Assembly (NCBI RefSeq): GCF_006345805.1
Contig: NC_042998.1
Coordinates: 126,852,001 to 126,916,000, forward strand
Length of the DNA: 64,000 nt
Direction of reading: 5' to 3'
Source: Octopus sinensis
Lineage: Eukaryota
The notes beneath the pieces were generated by a model. It did no database searches. It had not been told where the DNA came from and was given only the letters and a program-made list of their open reading frames with translations. The stretch's first letter is position 1. Each line of letters begins with the position of its first letter. This document shows, piece after piece, positions 29,151-40,620 of the stretch. Position numbers and translations under genes: made by a program.

Positions 29151-29576
29151 TAATTAGTATTACTTAAGTTTACCGTGAAATGGTCCTTTTTTCATACCGA
29201 ATTCTACTTATTCTAATTATTGATTACTTCTTAATTAATTAATTTTACCCTTTGTTATTATATATATATGTATACAAATATGTATCTGACACATTTATAT
29301 ACAGCATTATAGTTACCTCAGGGTACGATATTCTGCTCTTACGTAAATTGTAAAGTATGAAAATTAATTTCAGGATAGTGTCTGATATTTCACCCTTAGA
29401 GAAATTCAGATAAATTTAACATTTCAAAATTTACATTTTCTTCTTAGCCAAAAGTCGTTTTTCAGTGTTTTAGCTAAGATCAAAGAAGTTTAGAATTTGA
29501 GAAGCTATAAACACGACACGTACATATATGGTCAAATATATATTTATGCGTCAGTATGTTTTCTTGGTCGTGATTA

Positions 29577-29627
<51 letters not shown>

Positions 29628-30188
29628 CATACATATATGTAAGAATATAAATCAATCGTCATTACTACCATTATCTAACACCAACACCAAACGCAATATA
29701 ACCACTGCCATTACGAACCTACAAACACTTTAATGACCAACAACTGCAGGGAAGTAAGTAACAACATCTACAATAAAAGAAAATGTCATGAGATAATGTG
29801 GTTCCTTAGAGTATTTTAAAAGTTGAATGAAATTTCTTTGATGTTAGGTAAATGAGGATTGATTATGAGATTAAACAGCAACAGCGACGCAGTTAACAAG
29901 AACAATATGAACACCGCGACCACCATCAACATTAACCTCACCAGGCCCATCACTAAAACCCACACAACTTTCCATCTCATCATAGTTTATCCACCAACTT
30001 TTGAATAACAAACTGGCAAGATGATAACTCTGACAATAGCCATATATATATATATATATATCCTTTCTACTATAGGCACAAGGCCTGAAATTTGGAAGAG
30101 GTGGATAATCTATTACATCGACTCCAGTACGTAACTGATGCTTAATTTATAGCCATATATATATATATATGGCAACACACTGGAATCC

Positions 30189-30219
<31 letters not shown>

Positions 30220-30570
30220 GGAGAGTGAGAAAGAGAGAGACAGTGATAGAGACTAGAGTGTGGAGATTTTTTTTTGTTTTAAGAGGCAAAGAGTTCATCA
30301 ATCAGGTAAGTCTTTCAGCTAACTATAATCATTCAGTGTGGCTTCACGCCTCATACCTTTACCCTTCCGTATTCTTACTTCTGTTCTTACAGCCACAAGA
30401 ATAAGACAATTTTTTGCTCTAACAATACAGTTCTTACCTGGTACTACTAATTTTTTTTACTACATATTTGCTGCGGATAATTGCTAACCGTCGCCGCTTT
30501 TAGATTTACCTACAATTTAAGATGTCTGGAAAGAAACCATCTCGTGTAACTGAAGGCGGTAGTGCAAAGA

Positions 30571-30801
30571 GCGAGCTGGCAGAAACGTTAGTGCACCGGG
30601 TGAAATGCTTAGCGGTATTTCGTCTGTCGTTACGTTCTGAGTTCAAATTCCGCCGAGGTCGACTTTGCCTTTCATCCTTTCGGGGTCGATTGAATAAGTA
30701 CCTGTTACGCACTGGGGTCAATGTAATCGACTTAATCCGTTTGACTGTCCTTGTTTGTCCCCTCTGTGTTTAGCCCCTTGTGGGTAGTAAAGAAATAGGT
30801 A
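30571..30801 (+). mobile_element. SINE S1 full length (tail B) with 17-bp flanking direct repeat
   Basis: B-box GTTCAAATTCC 30641-30651; GGTAGTGCAAAGAGCGA at 30558-30574 and 30798-30814. Confidence 0.9.
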
Positions 30802-31007
30802 GTGCAAAGAGCGATCGTAAGGGATATTACACTTGAGGTATAACAATGTTATGATGTGGTAGAAAAATGAACCGCATTGCCAAAACTACGCTTGTATTGT
30901 CTGCAACGAGGACAGTACATATATTTATATAGATGTGTATACATATGCATATTTACATGCATACATATGCATGTATAAGCATATATATATATGTATGTAT
31001 ACAATAT

Positions 31008-31207
31008 TTGACCGCGAGTGTACCGTTGGCGATTTTCTTTCCCCGTCTTCGCTTCTTTGGACTTTTTCTATATATCTGATGAAGAGCTCCGCTCGAAACG
31101 TGAGATCCTCTTTCTTTTATTTCCTTTCCTGAGAGCCCAATAACACTGTACTTATTCCACGTCACCGCGTTGTTATTTTTTCTTGCTTGTTCACGTTTGG
31201 ATTGACT
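31008..31207 (+). mobile_element. Solo 3'-terminal fragment of a related PLE carrying a hammerhead-like motif (31072-31106)
   Basis: ATAT-CTGATGA-A-GAGC-TCC-GCTC-GAAAC-GTG-AGAT. Downstream CCTC..TTTCCTGAG.GC..AATAA.ACTGTA and terminal GTTTGGATT+(TA)n match the 43862-43990 end. Confidence 0.75.
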
Positions 31208-31226
31208 ATATATATATATATGTATA

Positions 31227-32856
31227 CACCCAGAACCACGCTAATAGCTTAGGAGTGAAATGTAAGATTTCACGGTTTACTGTGAATCGATTTTGATAAA
31301 ACTTTTCCCAACTGGTTTGTACACTATGGCAACATCATTGTTATGTTTCATTATTCTGTGTAACGCCCTTTTTAAAATTTAAGATTCCCAGATTTTGGGT
31401 GAACCATGCTAATAGCGCCTCTCCTCTCTGAGAACAATGGAACGTGGAAAAGCTCTTGACGATGAACAAAAATCTGTCATCATCAAGGAAAGTTCTAAAG
31501 GCACCTCACTTCATGTCATTGCGGAGAAGTTAGGTTGTCATGTGGACACGGTTAGACGATTCTTCCGCGAAGGAAGTAACGATCCGATTGTGGGACCCCC
31601 AAGACTGTGATAGCTAGGGGCTTAAGGAATATTGGCCGGAAGTTACGTGGGAAACTTGGACAAACAAGCCAAGCCATTTTCACCGCTTCCGGACTTCTTC
31701 ATGTACTGAAAACCATCAGAAATCGCATCGTCGGGACCATGGTGTCCGTGTGAGAAACACCTGAAATTGCCTCATTTAACGCCCGTCACAGAAATTTGAG
31801 GTTTCAATGAACCCAAAAGTACATGGCGTTAGACATGAGTTGTGTTCTGTTCAGTGACGAAACCAGAGCGACCTTTGACGGACCTAACGGTTGGGCAAAT
31901 GGTTGGATCTATTTTGGAGATGAGCATCACCAACGTTTACGACCGCAACAGCAAGGTGGAAGAGTTATGTTTGTGGTCTGGTATCACTGGGGACAGATTT
32001 GTTGGTCCAGTCAGGGTTAAATTGGCCGCAGCCGCCTACTGCAATCTCTTGAAATAGGATGTGGATCCCTTGCTAGATGCCATACCGTTGTCACTTCTAA
32101 GAAATTTCGTATTCATGCTTGACAACGCCCCTCCCACTCTGCTAGGACCATCCAAACATTAGTAGGGTCTTACGGTATACAAGGTGAAAAGCTGATGGTG
32201 TGGCCGCCAGCATCTCCGGATCTCAACCCTATCGAAAATCTTTGGTCCATCGTTAAACAAGAGGTTTATACCGATGGACGCCAATTTCTTTTATGGGCGA
32301 CCATCAAAGCTGCAGCGGAAACAGTCCAACCTGCTGCTATTAAAAAATTGACAGATTCCATGACTAATAGGATTTTTGAAGTTATCCGTCGAAATGGTTT
32401 TCATGACGCTAAATAATTCATTATGTTAATAAATGCTATAGTATTATTATGGTTTTCTATTAAATGTATACTCAACGTATGCTTAATATGTATCATTACC
32501 CTTTATTTTCTGAAAAAAAAAATGTCTAGATGCACTATTTTATTCGAAAGCTATTTGCATGGGTCACCCAAAAACTGGAGAATCTGAAATAAAAAAGAAA
32601 TGACGATACATAGAATAATATTTTCCACTCTAGGCACAAGACCTGAAATTTTTGGGGAGGGGACAAGTCAATTACAACAACCCAGTACGCAACTGGTACT
32701 TAATTTATCGACCCCGAAAGGATGAAAGGCAAAAACATTACAATGGTGTTGCCATAGTGTGCAAACTAGCTGGGAAAAAAGTTTTATCAAAATCGATTCA
32801 CAGAAAGCTGAGAAATCCTAAATTTCACTCCTAAGCTATTAGCGTGGTTCAAGCTG
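31227..32856 (+). mobile_element. Tc1/mariner transposon, DD37E/TRT-like, decayed, with about 190-bp IR/DR terminal inverted repeats
   Basis: TA target duplications at 31225-26 and 32857-58; TIRs 31227-31416 and 32550-32856. Transposase ATG 31437 to TAA 32416 with FSDETRATFDGPNGWANGW, FMLDNAPSH, WPPASPDLNPIENLW, IKKLTDSM. GAC (32121) to GAA (32234) spacing is 110 nt, i.e. 37 codons minus one base. Confidence 0.9.
32620..32730 (-). mobile_element. 5'-truncated SINE S1 inserted in the right TIR of the Tc1 element
   Basis: 111-bp S1 core plus tail A interrupts the TIR alignment between ...AGAATAAT and AAAAACATTACAATGG. Confidence 0.85.
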
Positions 32857-32859
32857 TAT

Positions 32860-33125
32860 ATACAAACAGCAGAACGAGGCACCACTGCATAGTGCGAAAA
32901 TCCCAGCATCTCCATAAAAATACAGAACCAGATACTGCTACAGCTTCGGTTTCAAGAACTCACAGCTCTTCAATATCTTTCTACAATGCCTGAGCATGTT
33001 GTAGATGTAGGTATCTTCAAAATAAAACTGGATCTCCTCCTGCCAAATGTTCCAGATGAGTCTACCTCACGGCAGGAAACACAGATGAGGAAGCAGCATC
33101 AAACTCCCTCATTCCCCAAATTCTC
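32860..33125 (+). mobile_element. CR1-type LINE 3' fragment (decayed)
   Basis: RGHHCIVRKIP..., GIFKIKLDLLLPNVPDES...AASNSLI-like C-terminal motif, with frameshifts. Confidence 0.6.
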
Positions 33126-33215
33126 CCCAGAGAAGGTTTCAAATAATGGTGCAACACAATCAATGGTGGTGCACTAACATGACTACGTCTTTGAAGCTGA
33201 AGCAGTTTAATGATT

Positions 33216-33253
<38 letters not shown>

Positions 33254-33349
33254 TTCAGCAAAATTTAGATTCAAATGAATACGGTACTTAAGTTAGAGGC
33301 ACCAGAATTTTGTATGGTGTTATCCATATAAATCCATGGGCTGATTATA

Positions 33350-33653
33350 ATCAAAAATAAGCAACAAGAATAACTTCGGTAATTTGGTACGATCGTTTCA
33401 CGCTACATCATTTTATTAAATATTGTAACTATTACAACAGTTTTAAAATGTTAAGCCATGAATAGAGGTTTCCCATTAATACATACTTTTCATATCAATA
33501 TGAAAATTATGAAAATTACGTATTAATGGGAAACCTCTATTAAGAGCTGATGATTGCTCAACATTTTAAAACTGTTGTAATAGTTGCAAAAATGATGTAG
33601 CGTGAAACGATCGTACCAAATTACCGAGGTTATTCTTGTTGCTTATTTTTGAT
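33350..33653. repeat. Imperfect palindrome of about 300 bp (fold-back element)
   Basis: ATCAAAAATAAGCAACAAGAATAAC... and its reverse complement converge on TTTTCATAT-CA-ATATGAAAA (centre 33496-97). Confidence 0.88.
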
Positions 33654-34603
33654 ATATATATATACATAATTTTTTCACGAAGGCATAATCGAATTATTTT
33701 GGCTGCTGCCATAGATTTCGTATATTTTTTGCAATTTTTTTTCCAAATTTTTTTTCAAAGTTGGTCATGCCTATTTAGTTTTGTATCCTTATTATGAAAA
33801 TGAAATTCATTTCCCCATAAATTAACAAATAAAAAGTTAATAGCTTTTAATGTTTGCAAATGTTAGGTAATTTTAACCTATCGAAAGCCACCATTATACA
33901 CATGACCATAAATCTCACATTGACATCTGTTTTCATACAAGAGTATTCGATTTTGTTTATATATATATATACTGTTCTCTACTGAAGATGGAAAAATCCG
34001 TGGTATTAATCCCGAAATTGATTCGATATAGAGCTAACAAATTAAAAAAAATTCTTTATTTATGGTGAATATATATTGTAATGTGGTGATTGACGATTTA
34101 AAGTCTATTCTCAGCATATTGGCATAGAAATCCTTTTCTTTTGCCCTTATTTATAAATTGTATATATATATATGCATCTACATATGCATATATAAAAACA
34201 AATGTATGCTTAAATATTACTTATAATAAACTTAAACAACAATTTCACGAAGAAAGTCTCTAGAAAGACCTCGCTTATAGGAGATTTAAGGCTTTAGCAA
34301 TATTCCTACGAGAGTCAAAATGAAATGAAAAACCTATGCTTAAATCACCCACTTTTGCACCTGTCGTTCGCACGATATTTAACAAATAAAAAAAAGATAC
34401 ATAGTAGTTAAACGTTTCGCTATCAACGTTTGCATGATATTTGAAAATATGTTCAAACAACCGATAACTCAATGGAAAACAAGCTTAGACTACCAGTTGC
34501 ATGATCAGGAATGAGTTACTCGGAATACTAGAATTATGGGCCTTTCAGTCATCATGTATTAAAGAATACTCTACACCTATCGCTTTGCTGTGAATCACTA
34601 TAA

Positions 34604-34680
<77 letters not shown>

Positions 34681-36809
34681 GCATGTATACATATATATAT
34701 ATATAAACGTACACACACACACGTATATGTATATATGAAACGATATACATGATATATACGTGTGCACAATTTTATAATATATATATCTTATATGTGTATA
34801 TATCTAATAAACCTACGCATATGCATATACACAAACCTATACAACCGCTTAAAGGTACACATAAACATATATGAATGTATATTTGTACATACATACATAC
34901 ATACATACATATATACATACATACATACATACATACATACATACATACATACATACATACATACATACATACATAAATACATACATACATATATACATGC
35001 ATGCATACATACAGACGTATATATATAAATTTATATATAAAGTTCTTATGTATAAAAAATTTCTTTTTGATTTTCGTGATTCATCTTTTTCAAATTTCTT
35101 TCATAAAATCGATATATAGATTGTTATTTTCTGTTTGTTGTTTTCACTTCGTTTCGTGTCTCCGCTTCCCCTATCTACGTTCAACTTTTTTAATTCTAAT
35201 GTTCCCCACCCTCAATAAATATTTATTGACTTCCTTTTGATATTTCGACGTGAACTAGTTCAAAAGCTTTTGCCTTGGTTAGGAAAGTCATCGCCGTCTT
35301 GTTGTTGTTGATCTTGTTGTTGTTGTTGATCTTGTTGTTGTTGTTGTTGCTGTTGTTGTTGTTCTTCTTCCTCCTCTTCTTCTTCTTCTTCTTCTTCTTC
35401 TTCTTCTTCTCTTCTTCTTCTTCTTCTTCTTCTTCTTCTTCTTCTTCTTCTTCTTCTTCTTCTTCTTCTCTTCTTCTTCTCCTTCTCCTATCAACGACAG
35501 AAACATGAATTGTATTGAGAAAAAAAAATATCAGGGCTTTTTTTTTTCATTTTTACTAAAATTATTTATAATAACACCAGTAAGAAAAAAAAAAGTTTGA
35601 AAATAAATATACACCAAAGAAAAATGCTGAAAGAGAAAATACATACACAACAGTAGGAGAAAACGAATAATCGACACAAGAATAAATATAATTGCCAAAA
35701 CACGAAAGTAATTTTTATTAAGATCTTAAAGCCGACATTTCAGTGAATTCCTCTCTAGTTGACTTAGTAAATTTCAGTATGTCTGTTGTATTTGAACTTG
35801 GTAAGAGAAGATATTTCTAGATATATGATTAAATAGAAGTAAAATATTACAGTACAAATAAATATGCAGTCGCCGATAACATATATTTTGATAGAACCTG
35901 TATTTGATGAAACTATATAACAAGTGATTTTGTTTTATTGTTTGGAAATATCAAATATGTACAAACAAATTACTGAATTGAAGTATATATATTTAAATAA
36001 CTGAAATGAATAAAATTATGAATGAAAAATGTATTTTGCAATGGTATACTATTAAAAATATAATACCATTTTGATTTTATCGAATTCCTTTTCAACGTGG
36101 CTTAAATGACGTTTATAGTTTGAATGAAGTGAGAACTCGATAATGCGAGCGTTCATGTTGATCAAATGTGTTAAAAACGTAAATATAGCTGAAGTTAATC
36201 ATGTAAAACTGCGCTACGGTCACAAATGGTGAAAGTTCATATATTGCTTTACAAAGCTGGAGACTCTGTCACAAATTCAAAATGGATATGTTATATAGAC
36301 ACAAATGTACAATTAACATTTGTAGAATTTAAACTCAGAAAGTAGACGTCTGTACCTAAGTTGCTGCAAGGCATTTTGCCTGATGCTCTAACAATTCCAC
36401 AAGACAAAAAAAATGTGATGTGTTGGCACCGGTGATGAAAATTATCTGAATTGTGTCCCAGAGGTCCGTCATTTTTATCTTTAGAGGATATAGTCAAAAA
36501 TGATAGGCTCCAACACCTATGGAAAGAAACGTAAAGTCGGCTTCTACAGGATTTGAACTCAAAACTTTTAGATACTCCACTCTTTCTGACACTGTTTTGG
36601 CTCCTCACAGGTATAAGAATAATTTCAGTTGATTAGTCAAAGCCAGCTGCTGCAAAGAAGTGGCTGGTATCATCATACAAATGTGGCTGGTACAATCATA
36701 CAGACGAAAGATGCCAATACGTTATAGTCGAATTTGAACTCAGCATTTAAAGGGAAAAAAATAAAATACTGCAATTTTTACCTTTGATCCAATCACTCTG
36801 TCGCAAGAT

Positions 36810-38065
36810 CTCACGAGATGCCGATTCTCTTCTTGCAGTTAGGAGGATGTTTCACCTGCAGCCGCAAACGAAGGGTTACTCGTACAAGAGTAAGGCCTGA
36901 CCCATGCTCGCTGCCCGTATCAGCCCCGCGATACGCACGAGAGTCCACCAGTGAGCTAGCGAGACCTGACCAGTATATAGTCGATATGATTGGCTGTTCT
37001 CCCGTCATTGGACTGCCAAGTGGCGAGATGGCGCGGAGGATGTTGGAACCGGGTGTTGGTAACGATGAGACGATTGGCATCTGCGAAGGATACGAGCCGT
37101 TCACCATTGTCACAGCGTACGCCTAGGCCATAGCGTCCCAGAATATGCCGCGTTGTATCATCAGTCGGCCCTGTTCGTGCATTCCAGTCCTTCGCGGCAA
37201 TGAGAACATCACTGGATGGGACAGCATCCACGGCAGCCTGGAGATCGGCGTAGAACTGCACCTTGTCCGCATCGTCTGCATTGAGAGTGGGCGCGTAGAC
37301 AGCAATCACACTGACATTGGAGATTTGACCCTTCGATCGAATCGGCACGAGTCGGTGTGAGATCGGTTGCCACGCCAGCTTGCGCGTCAGGGCTGAGCGC
37401 CGCAGCGACCCCATGAAGACCACTGTTGTCGGTCACGCCACTATGATACAGGTGATAACAGACATCCTCGCCCGGCACCTTGATAGGAAGATGACCAACA
37501 GCAGCGAGTCGGACATCTGAAAGGCAAGAAGTATTCACGCAGTACTTGTGCAAAGCCTTCATTGTTAGCGCCTGGACACCGTCGTCGTGAAGGGTTCTGA
37601 CGTTCCAGCACGCTACCTTCAGTTCTGTCCTATGTTTAAAGAGCGGGACTACTCTAGGAGTAGTTTGAAGATCCATAGCAGTTTGAGGGTTGTTGATTGG
37701 TTGCAAGTTTGTAGTAAGTGGATAGTTCGTATTCGTATTTATTGCCATGGCAGTAGTAGGATTCATAGATGAGGTTTCGTGGGAATATTCAATTCACAAG
37801 CGGTCTCCGACATCCCGCATGCATATCCCGATCGATGGGACACCCTGTTTGCCGCGGAGTCTCCACAGACGCAGGGACAGAACGACCTCGAAGCCGCCGG
37901 TTGCCGATCAGACGCCTCTTGGAATTTTCACCAGAGCACCGTGGGACAGGCTACGGTCCTAATACCGCTCGGTGCCAGACCAATCCGCCTTGGGTGGCCT
38001 ACCAGGAACCTAAGTTCCCGACGGCATAGCTCTGACACGCTCGTTTACACCACTCTACCGCTTTG
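36810..38065 (-). mobile_element. RTE-clade LINE 5' portion (5' UTR plus APE endonuclease); RT missing
   Basis: ATG 37766; LKVACWNVRTL, VIAVYAPT, DWNARTG, GERLVSFA, TWQSNDG..NHIDYIL, RAYRGAD..S (APE motifs) across frameshifts; GC-rich 5' UTR 37767-38065. Confidence 0.9.
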
Positions 38066-38119
38066 AGGAGGGTTTGGACTTTAGGGACTCAAATTCGATG
38101 CTGGCAATGGTCTCCGGTT

Positions 38120-38292
38120 GGAGATTTTCGGCATTTCGTTCGTCTTTACGTTCTGAGCGCCAAATTCCTCCGAGGTCGACTTTGCCTTTTATCTTTTCGG
38201 GTGATAAAATAAGTATTACACTGCGTTCCATGTAATCGACTTATAACCTTCCCCCAAATTACTGGCCTTGTGCCAAAATTTGAAAACAATAT
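38120..38292 (+). mobile_element. SINE S1 (diverged, tail A)
   Basis: CGAGGTCGACTTTGCCTTT core and GGCCTTGTGCCAAAATTTGAAAAC tail. Confidence 0.75.
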
Positions 38293-39500
38293 TAAGAATA
38301 ATGTTATTTCACGTAAACACTTGGAATCAGCTTTGTAGGATGAGGTCTAGTGTATTGAATCACGTCCATCATATTACTACTACTTATTCCTTAACATTTG
38401 ATGAGATGAAACAAGTAATAATTTTATATAACACAGGACCATACGTCTCTTATAACGAATATGATGTACAAGGAAGAGACAGACCGTAGCATAGGTGAAA
38501 GGATAAGTGAATACTGGTGGGAACTCAAGGAGGAGTTGTATGTATGTATTTATTTTATTCAGCATGTACCTCCTAAATGCATTTTGATTCGGTCATCATA
38601 GAGCTTCTTCAAATAATTTCTGACGGAGCTTTTTGATAGCCGATCATAACTTTTTGTAAGAATATCGTGATCAAAGCTTTAACACAGTGCAAGGAAAAAA
38701 AGTAATTTTCTTTGGGAATGTTATTTTCCAAGTATTGCGATTATGCATTCTTTCTTACATACATGCAAAAATACAGGCAGACACATACATACATACATAC
38801 ACACGCACACACACATAATATATATATATACATATACACATATACATACATATATACATGCTTGCATGCATATATACATATATAATACATACATACATAG
38901 TGATTATATATTATAGTATAATGTTAAATAAGATTAAAAAATACTTAGAAATTATATAAAATTAAATATAAAACAGTGAAATAATCATGAAACAATCAAG
39001 CAAATGTATGAAGACAAGTTTGAACACGCTATTAATGCAAAAAGAATCATGCATTTGAAAAATATAACCCAGAAAAAGCGTAAAAAATAATTGAGAAATA
39101 TAAAAGTCCAAGCAAGCTACACTATTTCTTGACGATAACCAATGCCTCCAGAAGTATTTTGGAAAGAAAACTATGAAAGTAGTTTTTCAAAAATATATCT
39201 AAAGAAACAAAAACAAAGAAGGATCTTTCTGAAATCCGAGAGAGAAGAAAGAACAACTAAAACGTACTACATGGATGATAGAACAGGAATTGTCATATAT
39301 TAGAGCCAAAAGTAATGATTGTCGTACAGGATTAGATGGTATGAGATAAGATATGAAAATTCTACCGAGATTCCGCTGCACTTGATAAAAATCAGGAAAT
39401 TATTCATAAAACTTATGTCATACCAAATAAAAGTTTTAAACAATTCAGAAAAATGCCTCCCAACCAAAGCGAATATACACACACACACACACACGATATA

Positions 39501-40620
39501 CAGTGGGGGGAAATAAATATTCGTACATATCAAAATTCTTTATTTACTTAATTTCTAATGAACATAAATGGGATATACCAATACTATATTTGCAATATTT
39601 GCCTACACATGCATGAACTAAGAATATGCAAAAGAAACCCATAAATTATAGTAACTAATGAATTTATATACAATTATAAATATTTAGGGGTGAAAAAAGT
39701 ATTCGTGCAGAATAAATTTCTGATTTTCTATGCCACAAAATACTGTTAAAATAACTTTTCTTTTACTAGAACTTTCTCGTTTGTTCCAATAATCTTATCA
39801 GTTGTCATTTTTAAGTGTCAAAACGGTAGCTTCTTCATTCAGCACTGAGACAACATAAAGTGGTATCGTAATAATGGCGAAAAGTAAAGAACTCAAAAAT
39901 TCAGTAAAAACTTAATTATTGAACAATGGAAAGCAGGTAAAAGTTACAGGAAAATATCAGAGACCCTTTGTATTCCATTTTCCACCATATCTTCATTTAT
40001 TCAAAAATATGAAAAAAAATCGGGAACTGTTGAAAACAGAATATCTGGTGCACCATGCAAGATTTCCCCTGATCTTTAAGAAAAATGAAGCGAAGAATCG
40101 AAAACAAAAACCCCGCAATGATCACCAGAAAGCAGTTGCTAGAAGATTTACTAGCTTCAGGGACTAATGTTACACTACGGACAATCAGCAATGAACTTCA
40201 TAGGAATGAACTAAAGTCACGCCCTCCTAGAAAAACTCCACTGTTGACTAAAAGGCATAGAGATGCCCGTTTAAAAATTGTTTATGAACATAAAGATAAA
40301 TATGATACATTCTGGGAAAATGTTCTATGGACAGACAAATCGAAAATTGAATTGTTTGGACGAAATTCGCGTAGCCATGTCTGGTACCATCTATTCGCCG
40401 AAAAACATAATTCCTATCGTAAAGTTTGGAGGTGGCAACATCATGGTGTGGGGGGTATTTCTCTGCAAAGGGTACTGGCAATTTACATGTGATAGATGGT
40501 AGACTGTTGAGTATTTTGAAGAACAAGATGAAAGATTTTTCCCCAATAGGATCCAAGCACTGCAGCACCGATGGAAGAAGAGCGTGGACCACAAGGGGGT
40601 CTATGTATAAAAATAAACTT
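39501..40620 (+). mobile_element. Tc1-family transposon relic (left end plus partial transposase; right end not found)
   Basis: TA|CAGTGGGGGG start; inner repeat GGGGTGAAAAAAGTATTCGTGCA near 39687 resembles the outer end. ATG 39874 MAKSKEL; RKTPLLTKRHRDARL, VLWTDKSKIELFG, VKFGGGNIMVWG; deletion after about 40500. Confidence 0.85.

Noticed and set aside
39050-39480. Possible decayed RT-like coding remnants (also 54190-54600)
   Set aside because: Too many stops and no unambiguous motif to call without a search.
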